Below, piece by piece: positions 28,820 to 38,208 of a stretch of 64,000 nucleotides of DNA; positions within the stretch are counted from its first letter, which is position 1, and each line of letters opens with the position of its first letter. The position numbers and the translations under genes were made by a program. Under the pieces are notes generated by a model that saw nothing but the letters and a program-made list of their open reading frames with translations, had not been told where the DNA came from and did no database searches. Location: positions 864,001 to 928,000 of the forward strand of contig OY762492.1 of NCBI GenBank assembly GCA_963665845.2. The letters run 5' to 3'. The DNA comes from Candidatus Poribacteria bacterium. Lineage in GTDB: Bacteria > Poribacteria > WGA-4E > GCA-2687025.

Positions 28820-29998
28820 ATGTTTGCAAGACTGCGCGTTCTCAATCTCGCCGTTGCGGCGGTTGCGGCGGTCGCGATGACCGGCTGCGATCAACTGGTC
28901 AAAACGCTGGATCCAGACGCCGGCTCCAGCGACGCCTTGAAAATCGGCGTCATCCAGCCCAGCGGATATTTCGTCAGCTTTGCGCGCGGAGCAGAGTTGG
29001 CGCGTATGGAGCTGAACGCCGAAGGCGGCGTCTTAGGACGCCAGATCGAGTTCATCTACCGCGACAACCAGAAAGACTTGGTGTTTCCAACGCCCGAAAG
29101 CACGATTCAGGCGGCTGAAGAGCTGATTCAGGATGAAAAAGTGTTCGCTCTTTTAGGACCGACATTTTCAAGCAACGCGGTTCATCTGGCAAATATCGCT
29201 CAAGAGAGCCAGACGCCGATCTTGGTGAACGCCACCTCCGGCGCCGTGTCCGCTTCAAGCGAGTACATTTTTCTGGTCGCCGGGACGACAGGCTCTCAAG
29301 GCGACGGTCTCGCTAAGTTTGCGTTGTCGCCCGACAATTTGGGCGCCATGACAGCGGCGGCGCTTGTTCAAGAGGACGATCTCTACTCGGAGGTTCTGGC
29401 GGACGCCTTCGCCGCAAAGTTTGAGGAGCTGGGGGGAAGCGTCTTGGCGCGTGAAACCTATGAGGTCGGCAGCGCAACATTCGCCGGTCCGATTGAGCGG
29501 GCGTTGGCAGGCAACCCCGATGTCGTGCTGATGGCTGGCTTCGCCCCGGATGTTCCCCTCGCCATCAACGAGGCGCGGGAAGCGGGCTATGAAGGCGTCT
29601 TTCTGGGCGGAACCGGCTGGAACGACCCTGACCAGTTTTTCCATGCCCTGGAGGACAACTCGGTCTTGAACGGCTCCTTCTTCGCATCGAATTTCTCGGC
29701 GGACGCGCCGGGCGACAGCGTCCAGCGTTTTGTCGCGGGCTACCAAGCCGCGTACGGCACAACGCCCCCGGGTCAATCCTCAAAAGGGTACGACGCCATG
29801 AAACTGCTGGCGCAGGCGGTTGAAGCGGCGGGCAAGCTGGACGCGCCCGCTGTCCGAGACGCGCTTGCGGCGACGACCAATTATGAAGGCGCCACCGCGA
29901 TTGTACGCTATAATAAGGATCGGCAGCCTCTGAAAGAGATTGTCATTATGACAATTCAGGACGGAGAATCTAAATTTTACCAGTTACTTGCGCCTTAA
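28820..29998 (+). CDS. LivJ/LivK-like ABC substrate-binding lipoprotein (copy 1)
   Basis: MTGC lipobox, LKIGVIQPS, GGVLGRQIE, ALLGPTFSS and YDAMKLLAQA motifs. Confidence 0.9.
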   Translation: MFARLRVLNLAVAAVAAVAMTGCDQLVKTLDPDAGSSDALKIGVIQPSGYFVSFARGAELARMELNAEGGVLGRQIEFIYRDNQKDLVFPTPESTIQAAEELIQDEKVFALLGPTFSSNAVHLANIAQESQTPILVNATSGAVSASSEYIFLVAGTTGSQGDGLAKFALSPDNLGAMTAAALVQEDDLYSEVLADAFAAKFEELGGSVLARETYEVGSATFAGPIERALAGNPDVVLMAGFAPDVPLAINEAREAGYEGVFLGGTGWNDPDQFFHALEDNSVLNGSFFASNFSADAPGDSVQRFVAGYQAAYGTTPPGQSSKGYDAMKLLAQAVEAAGKLDAPAVRDALAATTNYEGATAIVRYNKDRQPLKEIVIMTIQDGESKFYQLLAP

Positions 29999-30029
29999 AC
30001 GAAACCGCAAGACAACGAAAGGAACGAGC

Positions 30030-31460
30030 ATGAACGCAAAAATGCGGACGCTCATCGCAACGATCTCATCTCTCTTCCTCGCCGCGGCATTGACCAGCTG
30101 CGACGACATCGGAAACATCCTTGATCCTACCACGGACGCCCCTGCTCTGAAAATCGGCGTCATCCAGCCCTCTCAGTACTACATCAGCTTCTTTCAGGGG
30201 GCTGAACTTGCGCGGCAGGAGATCAACGCCGGCGGCGGCATCCTCGGCAGAAAGATTGAGTTCGTCGCGCGCGACAACCAAGGAACGAACATCTGGCCGA
30301 CGCCCGATAAAACGATTGAGGCGGCGCATGACCTGATCAACAATGAAGGCGTCGCGGCGATTCTTGGTCCGATTTTCTCCACCAACTCCATTGCGCTCGG
30401 AAACGCCCTGACCGAAGCGGGCGTCGCAACGCCGATGCTGCCGGCGGCAACATCGCCTGTTGTCACACAGACGCATTCGCATTTTGTGCTGACCGCGGCG
30501 AACAACCATCTCCACGCGACGGCTCTTGCCAATTTTGCGGCGTCGGAATTGGGCGTCGGCACGGTCGGCATTTCCCTGCAGGCAGGCGACGCGTACTCGG
30601 AAGTTGTGACGCGCGCGTTTGTGGACGCGACGCGCGGCGCGGGCGGCAGTGTCGGCTCTATCGCAAGCTACGAGGTTGGGTCGCGCGACTTTACGGCGCA
30701 GATTCAGGTGCTGATGGACGACAACCCAGACGCCATTTTCCTTCCCAGCTTCGCGCCTGAAGTTCCGCACTTCATTCAACAGGCGCGCGCGGCGGGCTAC
30801 GAAGGCCTCTTCATCGGCGCAGACGGATGGGACGACGCGGCGCAGTTCTACGGGACGCTGGACGACAACTCCGCGCTCAACGGCTCCTACTACACCACCA
30901 ACTACTTCCCCGGCGGAGACGATCCGATGGCGAACGATTTCGCCGCCGCTTACATGAGCGCCTACGGCATCATCGCCGACGGCATTGCCGCCAACGGATA
31001 CGACGCCATGCGGCTGCTCGCCGAAGCGATTGAAACCGCCGGCGGAGGCGGAACGCCCGAAGGAGACGGAGACGGCGCGGACGATCCCGTGGTCGGCGAG
31101 CCGGGCGACGGATCGGACGGCAACGGCGTTGATCTTCCGACGGTGTCCGTAGAGGTTCCCGGCGCCGACGCCATTCTCGATGCCCTGGTCGCGATTCAGG
31201 GCTACCGCGGCGCGACCGCCATCTCCCATTTCGATGAACATCGAATGGCTGTCAAAGACCTTGTCGTCTTGAAGATTGCAAACGGCATGCCCATGTTCCA
31301 CTCCATTTGGACAAATATGGAGGGCGGCGGAATCGACGACGGCGGAAACGGAGACGGCGGAGACAGCGGCGGAAACAGCGGAAACGGCGGAAACGGCGGA
31401 GGAGGAGACGACGGCGGCGGAGACGACGGCACAACCGCCATCGACAACCCCAACGGATAA
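30030..31460 (+). CDS. LivJ/LivK-like binding lipoprotein (copy 2) with Gly/Asp-rich insert and tail
   Basis: LTSC lipobox and the same motifs as copy 1. Low-complexity G/D/N segments. Confidence 0.9.
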   Translation: MNAKMRTLIATISSLFLAAALTSCDDIGNILDPTTDAPALKIGVIQPSQYYISFFQGAELARQEINAGGGILGRKIEFVARDNQGTNIWPTPDKTIEAAHDLINNEGVAAILGPIFSTNSIALGNALTEAGVATPMLPAATSPVVTQTHSHFVLTAANNHLHATALANFAASELGVGTVGISLQAGDAYSEVVTRAFVDATRGAGGSVGSIASYEVGSRDFTAQIQVLMDDNPDAIFLPSFAPEVPHFIQQARAAGYEGLFIGADGWDDAAQFYGTLDDNSALNGSYYTTNYFPGGDDPMANDFAAAYMSAYGIIADGIAANGYDAMRLLAEAIETAGGGGTPEGDGDGADDPVVGEPGDGSDGNGVDLPTVSVEVPGADAILDALVAIQGYRGATAISHFDEHRMAVKDLVVLKIANGMPMFHSIWTNMEGGGIDDGGNGDGGDSGGNSGNGGNGGGGDDGGGDDGTTAIDNPNG

Positions 31461-31487
31461 ATCGAAGGGGTCCGTCTAAACCATTCC

Positions 31488-31531
31488 AAGAGAGGCGGTA
31501 CGGCTGCTTCGCCGCTCCGCCTCTCTTTTTT
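31488..31531 (+). terminator. Intrinsic terminator after binding protein 2
   Basis: AAGAGAGGCGG..CGGC-TGCTTC-GCCG..CCGCCTCTC followed by T6. Confidence 0.75.
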
Positions 31532-31598
31532 CTAATCGACCGCTTTACATTCGGAAACCTTGATCGACGAACGCCTGTCTCCAAAGAAGGAAATGCGC

Positions 31599-32840
31599 AT
31601 GAGAACTACGACGCAACGCAGAGCCGTATCAAAACGGCGGACATTCGCCGCAACGTTGGCGGCTGTCTTTCTCGCCGCGGGGCTGACAAGCTGCGACAAC
31701 CTCCTAGATGTTCTGGAACCTGACGTCACAGAACCCGCCCCCGCTCTGAAGATCGGCGTCATTCAACCGTCCCAGTTCTTCATCAGTTTCCTTCGCGGCG
31801 CTGAAATGGCGCGGCAAGAATTGAACGCCGGCGACGGAGCCGCCGGCATGCAGATTGAGTTCATCCTGCGCGACAACCAGGGATCGGACATCTTCCCGAC
31901 CGCAGAAAAAACGATTGAAGCCGCTTATGAGCTGATCAATAACGAAGGCGTTACCGCGATTCTGGGACCCATCTTATCGACCAACTCGGTCGCCCTCGGA
32001 AACGCGCTGACCGAAGCGGGCGTCAAAATTCCGATGTTGCCGGGATCCGTCTCCGCCACGGTGCCGCAGTCGTACTCGCATTATGTACTGACGGTTTCCA
32101 ACAACCTCGTACAAGCGAACATTACGGCAAACTTCGCCTTTACAGAGCTGGGAATCGGCTCGATCGGCATCGCCTCGCTGGCGCCGGACGAATTCTCGCG
32201 CGTCTTGACCGAAAGATTTGCGCGCGATTATGAAGCGCTTGGAGGAACAATTACGGCAGCCGTCGAATACGCGATCGGCGCAACCGACTTCGCATCGCAA
32301 ATTGAGACGCTCATGGACAGCGAACCTGAAGCGATTCTCCTTGCCAGCTTTGCGCCTGAAGTCCCGCTCTTTATTGAGCAGGCGCGCGCGATGGGGTATG
32401 AAGGGCAATTCATCGGGACGGACGGCTGGGACGATTTTGCGACGTTCTACAACGTCCTTGACGACAATTCCGTGATGGACGGCTCCTACTACACCGCCAA
32501 CTTCTTCCCTGGCAGCGGCGATCCGACCGCCGACGCCTTCGCCGACGCCTTCATGAGCGCATACGGCATCATCGCTGACAGCACAGCGGCGGCAGGTTAC
32601 GACTCCATGAAGCTGCTGGCTCAAGCCATCGAAACGGCGAAAGACGGCATGGACGGCGAGGCGATGCCGGACGCGGACGCCATCCTTGCGGCTCTGCTCG
32701 CGACGAAAGACTACCGAGGCGCGACGGCGATTTCGCATTTCGATGAAAGCCGCTCCCCCGTCAAAGAGTACATCATCTTAACGATAGAAAACGGGGCGCC
32801 GGCGTTCCATAGAACATGGCAAGATTCAAGAATCGATTGA
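31599..32840 (+). CDS. LivJ/LivK-like binding lipoprotein (copy 3)
   Basis: LTSC lipobox, LKIGVIQPS, DNQG, FAPEVP and GATAISHFDE. Start is 31593 or 31599. Confidence 0.9.
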   Translation: MRTTTQRRAVSKRRTFAATLAAVFLAAGLTSCDNLLDVLEPDVTEPAPALKIGVIQPSQFFISFLRGAEMARQELNAGDGAAGMQIEFILRDNQGSDIFPTAEKTIEAAYELINNEGVTAILGPILSTNSVALGNALTEAGVKIPMLPGSVSATVPQSYSHYVLTVSNNLVQANITANFAFTELGIGSIGIASLAPDEFSRVLTERFARDYEALGGTITAAVEYAIGATDFASQIETLMDSEPEAILLASFAPEVPLFIEQARAMGYEGQFIGTDGWDDFATFYNVLDDNSVMDGSYYTANFFPGSGDPTADAFADAFMSAYGIIADSTAAAGYDSMKLLAQAIETAKDGMDGEAMPDADAILAALLATKDYRGATAISHFDESRSPVKEYIILTIENGAPAFHRTWQDSRID

Positions 32841-32859
32841 AGGCGCAGACGCGGCGGAG

Positions 32860-33048
32860 CTGACCTCATGCCTAAAGTTGGGACATTTGAATAGACGATC
32901 GCTCTATTCATGGGAAAAAGGCGCCGCCAACCAAACGGTCCCCCGCTTCCGCGAGGACATGCATTCCCGCGTAAGCGGGAATCTAGAGGCGCCGCAGAAA
33001 CCGTCCGCGTCCGCCAGGCGGAATGTCCCAACTAAGACGTAAGGTCAG
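32860..33048 (+). mobile_element. MITE (189 bp) with TIRs and internal inverted palindrome doublet
   Basis: CTGACCTCATGCCTAAAGTTGGGACAT...ATGTCCCAACTAAGACGTAAGGTCAG. No clear TSD retained. Confidence 0.85.
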
Positions 33049-33128
33049 AGGGAAGGCGTTGACTGTTTCGCCTTGCATGCGCCCGCAACTTGATTTACAA
33101 TGGCGGTATGAAAACAAGGAGAAAACGC

Positions 33129-34364
33129 ATGAGCGCAGCAACTGACCGGAAATTCAAATCGCTGCGGCGAATATTCACGGCAATGTTCGCATCTCTGTTT
33201 CTAATTGCGGCTTTGACAGGCTGCGACGATCTGATGTCGGTCCTGGATCCTAAACCGACGCCCGGCGAGACGCTCAAGATCGGCGTCATTCAGCCCTCTC
33301 AATACTACAGCAGTTTTGCGCGGGGGGCGGAGATCGCGCGGATGGAGCTCAACGCTGCCGGCGGCGTTCTTGGGATGCCGGTCGAGTTTGTCGCGCGCGA
33401 CAATCAGGGGACCGATATTTTCCCCACGACCGAAAGTACGATTGGCGCGGCGCATGATCTGATCGTAAACGAGAACGTTGCTGCGATTCTCGGTCCCATC
33501 TTTTCAACGAACTCGGTGGCGCTCGGCGCCGTATTGACCGACTCGGGCATCGATATTCCGATTTTGCCGGCGGCTACCTCCGCTTCGGTGCCGCATTCGT
33601 ACTCCCATTTTGTGCTGGCGGGCGCCAATAACCTGCATCAAGCAAACGCGCTGGCGAATTTTGCCTTGACAGACCTGGGCATTCGTTCGGTCGGCATCGC
33701 GCTGCTTGCCGGCGACGAATACACGCGCGTCACGACAGAAGGTTTCACCAGCGACTTTGAAGCGGGCGGCGGAGAGATCGTCGCCGCCGCCTCCTACGAC
33801 AGCGGAACCGCCGACTTCACAGCGCAAATCAACGCCGTGCTGGCGGGCGAGCCTGAAGCGATCTTTCTCCCCAGCTTCCCTCCAGAAGTGCCGCTGTTTC
33901 TTGAGCAGGCGCGCGCGATGGGTTACGAAGGCGTCTTCATCGGCGCCGACGGATGGGACGACGTCGCCGCATTTTACAGCGTCCTGGATGACAACTCGCT
34001 GATGGACGGATCCTACTACATCGCCAACTTCTTTCCCGGCGGCGACGATCCAGTAGCAAACGCCTTTGCCGACGCGTTCATGAATGCCTACAATGTCCTG
34101 TCCGACAGCTCTGGAGCGGCTGGTTACGACAGCATGAAGCTTCTCGCGCATGCCATCGAAACGGCTGCGGGCGGTATGGACGGCGACAGCAAAATAGCGC
34201 TGCCGGATGCGGACGCCATTCTTGCAGCCTTGGTTGATGTGCAAGATTACCGCGGCGCCACTGCGATCTCGCATTTCGATGAAAATCGCCTCGCGGTCAA
34301 AGACTACATCATCCTGACCATTCAGGACGGCATGCCGGCGTTCCATAAAGCATGGACAGACTAA
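33129..34364 (+). CDS. LivJ/LivK-like binding lipoprotein (copy 4)
   Basis: AGGAG RBS and LTGC lipobox. Highly similar to copies 2 and 3. Confidence 0.9.
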   Translation: MSAATDRKFKSLRRIFTAMFASLFLIAALTGCDDLMSVLDPKPTPGETLKIGVIQPSQYYSSFARGAEIARMELNAAGGVLGMPVEFVARDNQGTDIFPTTESTIGAAHDLIVNENVAAILGPIFSTNSVALGAVLTDSGIDIPILPAATSASVPHSYSHFVLAGANNLHQANALANFALTDLGIRSVGIALLAGDEYTRVTTEGFTSDFEAGGGEIVAAASYDSGTADFTAQINAVLAGEPEAIFLPSFPPEVPLFLEQARAMGYEGVFIGADGWDDVAAFYSVLDDNSLMDGSYYIANFFPGGDDPVANAFADAFMNAYNVLSDSSGAAGYDSMKLLAHAIETAAGGMDGDSKIALPDADAILAALVDVQDYRGATAISHFDENRLAVKDYIILTIQDGMPAFHKAWTD

Positions 34365-34447
34365 GCGGCGGCATGGGAGACAGCGCGGACAACGAATAGT
34401 TTCGCCGTCTGTCTCGCGCAACATAAAAGAACGGAGACAACGAAAAG

Positions 34448-35608
34448 ATGCGCGCTTTTACAGCGGTTACGGTTGCGTTGACAGCGGCGGCGCTGATCGG
34501 ATGCGGCGATATAAGCCAGTTTCTAGAACCGGACGACAAGGTCGAACCGATACGCATCGGCGTCATTCAACCGAGCGGCTATTTTACGGATGTGCTGCGC
34601 GGAGCGGAGCTGGCGCGAACCCTGCTGAATGAGAGCGGCGGCGTTCTCGGCAGACCCGTTCAGTTTGTCATCAAGGACAACCAGGGAGACGACCCGTTTC
34701 CGACGCCGATGCGCACGATTCAGGTCGGCAAGGAGCTGATTGACGAAGGCGTCTTCGCCGTCTTAGGTCCCATCCTTTCAACGAATTCATACGCCTTCGG
34801 CGAGGCGGTCCGCGGCAACCCGATCTTGACGCTGGCGGCGTCCAGTTCGCCCGTTGTAACGGAAGCGAACCCGTATATGTTCATCGTCGTTGCGACGAAC
34901 ACCTTAGAAGCGCAGGCGGTCGCCGACTTCGCCAAAGAGGAGCTGGGCGTCGACAACATCTCCGTTCTTTTTCAAAAGGACGATCTGTTCTCGATCATCG
35001 CGTCCGAGGCGTTTGCGGAGAGTTATGAGGCTGTCGGCGGCGCGGTTGTCTATGAAGGGCAGTATGAGGTCGGCAGCCTAGAGTTTGGCGGCATGTTAGA
35101 GGCGGCGCTGGCGGACAACCCTGGCGCGCTTTTTCTGCCCAGCTTCGCGCCTGAAGTTCCGCGCTTGATGCGTCAGGCGCGCGCGATGGGCTTTCAAGGC
35201 GTTTTTCTTGGTTTAGAAGGATGGGAAGGCATCGAAAAAAGCGACGCGGTGGACGACGCCTCGCTGCTGGACGGCGCGTTCTACGCCTCCAACTTCTCGC
35301 CGGAAACGCCCGGCGCCGGCGCCGAAGCGTTTATTTCCGCATACATGGCGATGTACGGCGTCCTGCCGAACGGCGACGCCGCCCGAAGCTACGACGCCAT
35401 GAACATACTGGCGCAAGCCATCGAGACGGTCGGCGAGCTGGACATGGAAGCGGTAAGAGACGCGGTCTGGGCGACGGAGAATTTCAACGGCGCCACCTTC
35501 ACCGCCCGCTTTGATGAAAACCGGCGCCCCGTCAAAGACCTTGTGATCTTGCGTTTTCAGGACGGCGCCCCGCGTTTTCACCGCCTTATCAAAGCCGCGC
35601 AGCCGTAA
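34448..35608 (+). CDS. LivJ/LivK-like binding lipoprotein (copy 5)
   Basis: LIGC lipobox, IRIGVIQPS, DNQG, LGPILSTN and YDAMNILAQAIE motifs. Confidence 0.9.
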   Translation: MRAFTAVTVALTAAALIGCGDISQFLEPDDKVEPIRIGVIQPSGYFTDVLRGAELARTLLNESGGVLGRPVQFVIKDNQGDDPFPTPMRTIQVGKELIDEGVFAVLGPILSTNSYAFGEAVRGNPILTLAASSSPVVTEANPYMFIVVATNTLEAQAVADFAKEELGVDNISVLFQKDDLFSIIASEAFAESYEAVGGAVVYEGQYEVGSLEFGGMLEAALADNPGALFLPSFAPEVPRLMRQARAMGFQGVFLGLEGWEGIEKSDAVDDASLLDGAFYASNFSPETPGAGAEAFISAYMAMYGVLPNGDAARSYDAMNILAQAIETVGELDMEAVRDAVWATENFNGATFTARFDENRRPVKDLVILRFQDGAPRFHRLIKAAQP

Positions 35609-35609
35609 A

Positions 35610-36314
35610 TCAGCGGCGCAGACGAAAACGCCCCTCTTCATAAACCGGAAGAACGGGCGCGGCGTCCATCTGCGCGGCATAGTCGATGTCGCGTTCATAA
35701 CCGAAGCGCATCAGCGTCTTGCCATGCTCCGCCTCGCGGAGAGCGGCGCGCAGATCGCCCCGCCGACTCAACCACACCGCTTCCGCCGTCCATGCCGCGT
35801 CGGTCAGGCGGTCAAAAGCGGGTTTGATCCGATGAACGCACGCCCCGGCAAAGAGCGCGTCGTCCAGCGAGAGCCGCCCATGCGTCCCTGCGCATGCGAG
35901 CAGCGCGTCCCCGCCGTCCGCCTCAACCGCTTCGCACACGGCGGAGATGTTGACGAAGGCGCCTGAATACATGCTCCCAGCTCCTTCGGCGGCGCGGATG
36001 AGGCGCGTTCCGTTCGTTGTGGTGAAGTAGATCGTTTTGCCTTCGACGGCGGCGCGTGTATACTCCAGCGGCGAGTTGCCGAGATCGAACCCGTCCAGTT
36101 TGACGTTGCCGCGTTCTCCGCCTAAAAGCGCGTCTTCGCATCCGCCGCGCATTTCTACAGCCTCTTCGGGCGACAGCGCCGGGGCGACCGCCTCCGCTCC
36201 GTTCGACAGAGCCGCCGCGATGGTCGTCGTCGCGCGTAGGATGTCGATCGCAACGACCGCGCCTCCCGCGTCCAAACCGACTCGCGCCGCGTCTAAATAC
36301 AGCAGAACGTCCAA
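35610..36314 (-). CDS. comB: 2-phosphosulfolactate phosphatase family protein
   Basis: IDILRATTT, GGER, GFDLGNSP, TTTNGT and DDALFAG motifs. TTG start at 36314 or 36323; the longer ORF runs into the MITE. Confidence 0.88.
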   Translation of the reverse strand: MDVLLYLDAARVGLDAGGAVVAIDILRATTTIAAALSNGAEAVAPALSPEEAVEMRGGCEDALLGGERGNVKLDGFDLGNSPLEYTRAAVEGKTIYFTTTNGTRLIRAAEGAGSMYSGAFVNISAVCEAVEADGGDALLACAGTHGRLSLDDALFAGACVHRIKPAFDRLTDAAWTAEAVWLSRRGDLRAALREAEHGKTLMRFGYERDIDYAAQMDAAPVLPVYEEGRFRLRR

Positions 36315-36380
36315 TGTTCTCAAAAGCGCCCTTTCCGTTCGTCTTATATAAGTATAGCCTGACCGCGCCGCCCCGTTCCC

Positions 36381-36570
36381 CTGATCCCATGCGTAAAGTT
36401 GGGACATTTGAACGACCAAAGCCTCTATTCATGGGGAAAAAGCGTCGCCAACCAGACCGTTCCCCGCTTCCGCGAGGACATGCATTCCCGCGTAAGCGGG
36501 AATCCAGAGTCCTGCCCGAAACCGTTCGCGTCCACCAGGCGGAATGTCCCTACTAAAGACGTAAGGTCAG
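36381..36570 (+). mobile_element. MITE (190 bp), same family as 32860-33048
   Basis: CTGATCCCATGCGTAAAGTTGGGACAT...ATGTCCCTACTAAAGACGTAAGGTCAG with a colinear internal sequence. Confidence 0.85.
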
Positions 36571-36580
36571 AGCGCCGCGC

Positions 36581-36609
36581 TTGACAGATGAGCCTGCGCG
36601 TCTCATAAT
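36581..36609 (+). promoter_or_regulatory. Sigma-70 promoter of the methyltransferase gene
   Basis: TTGACA-17 nt-CATAAT. Confidence 0.7.
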
Positions 36610-36681
36610 GAATATGCCAACCGCGGCGACCGAACGCAAGCCGCCTTTTACACCGCCGGCAGCGAAGGGCAGCAAACGCAC

Positions 36682-38190
36682 ATGGCGCTGAAACCGAATC
36701 ATCTTTACTACGGCGATTGCCTCGATTGGATGGAGAGGTGGGAAGACAACTGCGTCGACCTGATCTACCTCGATCCGCCGTTCAACAGCAAGACGAACTA
36801 CAATATGCTGTTTGCCGGCTTGGACGACGGCAAGATTCAGTACCGCGCCTTTACAGACACATGGAGCTGGAACGCCGCGGCAGGACAGCGTTACGGCGAC
36901 TATGAAGCTGCCATGGGCAGACCTGGGCGAGGCGCTGTCGTCGGCTTATACCAGATTTTAGGCGGCTGCGGCATGACGGCGTATCTCACCTACATGGCGG
37001 AGCGGCTGGCAGAGATGCAGCGCATTCTGAAACCGACCGGCTCCATCTACCTGCACTGCGACCCGACGGCGAGCCACTACCTCAAAATCATCATGGACGA
37101 CATCTTCGGCAAAGCAAATTTTCGCAATGAGATTGTGTGGCATTATGAAAATCGGCTGTCTCGAAAAGGCGGGCAGTTCTCTCGACTGCACGACACGATT
37201 CTTGTCTATGGAAAAAGCGAGAAAACAGTACATCATCCCATCTATGATGAAAACTGGACGCCGTCTCCGACGCAGGCGCGCCGCCTGGAGAGAGGCTACG
37301 AAGTCCGCAAAGGCGACCTCATTATCTATGACGAAGAGAAATTTGCCGACAGCGGCATAGAGGAGAGCGATTATGCTAAAGTGTATCGTTCCAAGGCGAA
37401 GCAGCCGCCGTTGGGCGATGTCTGGCAGGTTCCGATACTCAATCCGATGGCTAAAGAGCGTCTAGGCTATGCGACGCAGAAACCGCTTGCGCTTCTGGAG
37501 CGGATTGTCAAGGCGTCCTCCAACGAAGGCGATATTGTCTTGGATCCGTTTTGCGGCTGCGGGACGGCAATCGAGGCGGCGCATCTTCTGAACCGACGTT
37601 GGGCGGGCATCGACATCTCCTCTTTCGCTATCGACCTGATCCGTCGGGAGCGTCCGCATCTCAACAGCCTGAACATACAGGCGGAGCGCATCCCGAAAAA
37701 CATGCGGGACGCGCATGCGCTGGCGCTCGACAATCGGTTTGCGTTTGAGGCATGGGCAGTGGATCGGCTCCCAGGCTTCGCGCCGAACACGAAGCAGACC
37801 GGCGACAGAGGAGTCGACGGGCGCGGAAAGTTGGCGCATGAACCTGACAACTTCGATTCGCGGCTAGCGTTGGCGCAGGTGAAAAGCGGCGCGAAAGTGT
37901 CGCCGAGCGACCTGCGCGACTTCATGGGCGTCATGGGGCGCGACAAAGCCGCCATCGGACGCTTCATCACGCTGGAGCCGATCGCGTCGGGCGACATGCA
38001 TAAAGACGCTTCCAGCCTGGGGCGCATCGCGGTTCATGACAAAACATACCCGCGCCTCAAGCTCTGGTCGATTCATGACTATTTCAACAACGAACCGCCC
38101 GAGCTGCCCGATATGGTGAACCCGTATAAGCGGGGCGAGATCATGGACGCCAAGCAGCAGCGGATGGTTTTCAACCTGAGGGAGAATTGA
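36682..38190 (+). CDS. N6-adenine/N4-cytosine DNA methyltransferase (beta class) fused to Mrr-like endonuclease domain
   Basis: LYYGDCL, DLIYLDPPF (motif IV) before TQKP and LDPFCGCGT (motif I). C-terminal GDRGVDG...AQVKSG. Confidence 0.88.
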   Translation: MALKPNHLYYGDCLDWMERWEDNCVDLIYLDPPFNSKTNYNMLFAGLDDGKIQYRAFTDTWSWNAAAGQRYGDYEAAMGRPGRGAVVGLYQILGGCGMTAYLTYMAERLAEMQRILKPTGSIYLHCDPTASHYLKIIMDDIFGKANFRNEIVWHYENRLSRKGGQFSRLHDTILVYGKSEKTVHHPIYDENWTPSPTQARRLERGYEVRKGDLIIYDEEKFADSGIEESDYAKVYRSKAKQPPLGDVWQVPILNPMAKERLGYATQKPLALLERIVKASSNEGDIVLDPFCGCGTAIEAAHLLNRRWAGIDISSFAIDLIRRERPHLNSLNIQAERIPKNMRDAHALALDNRFAFEAWAVDRLPGFAPNTKQTGDRGVDGRGKLAHEPDNFDSRLALAQVKSGAKVSPSDLRDFMGVMGRDKAAIGRFITLEPIASGDMHKDASSLGRIAVHDKTYPRLKLWSIHDYFNNEPPELPDMVNPYKRGEIMDAKQQRMVFNLREN

Positions 38191-38208
38191 GGGTGGTACG
38201 CCCATGTC

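Noticed and set aside
32854-33054. Target-site duplications for the 32860 and 36381 MITE copies
   Set aside because: The flanks do not match (GCGGAG vs AGGGAA; GTTCCC vs AGCGCC).
35610-36314. Coenzyme M biosynthesis implied by comB
   Set aside because: No comA/C/D/E nearby, and stand-alone ComB-like phosphatases are common in bacteria.
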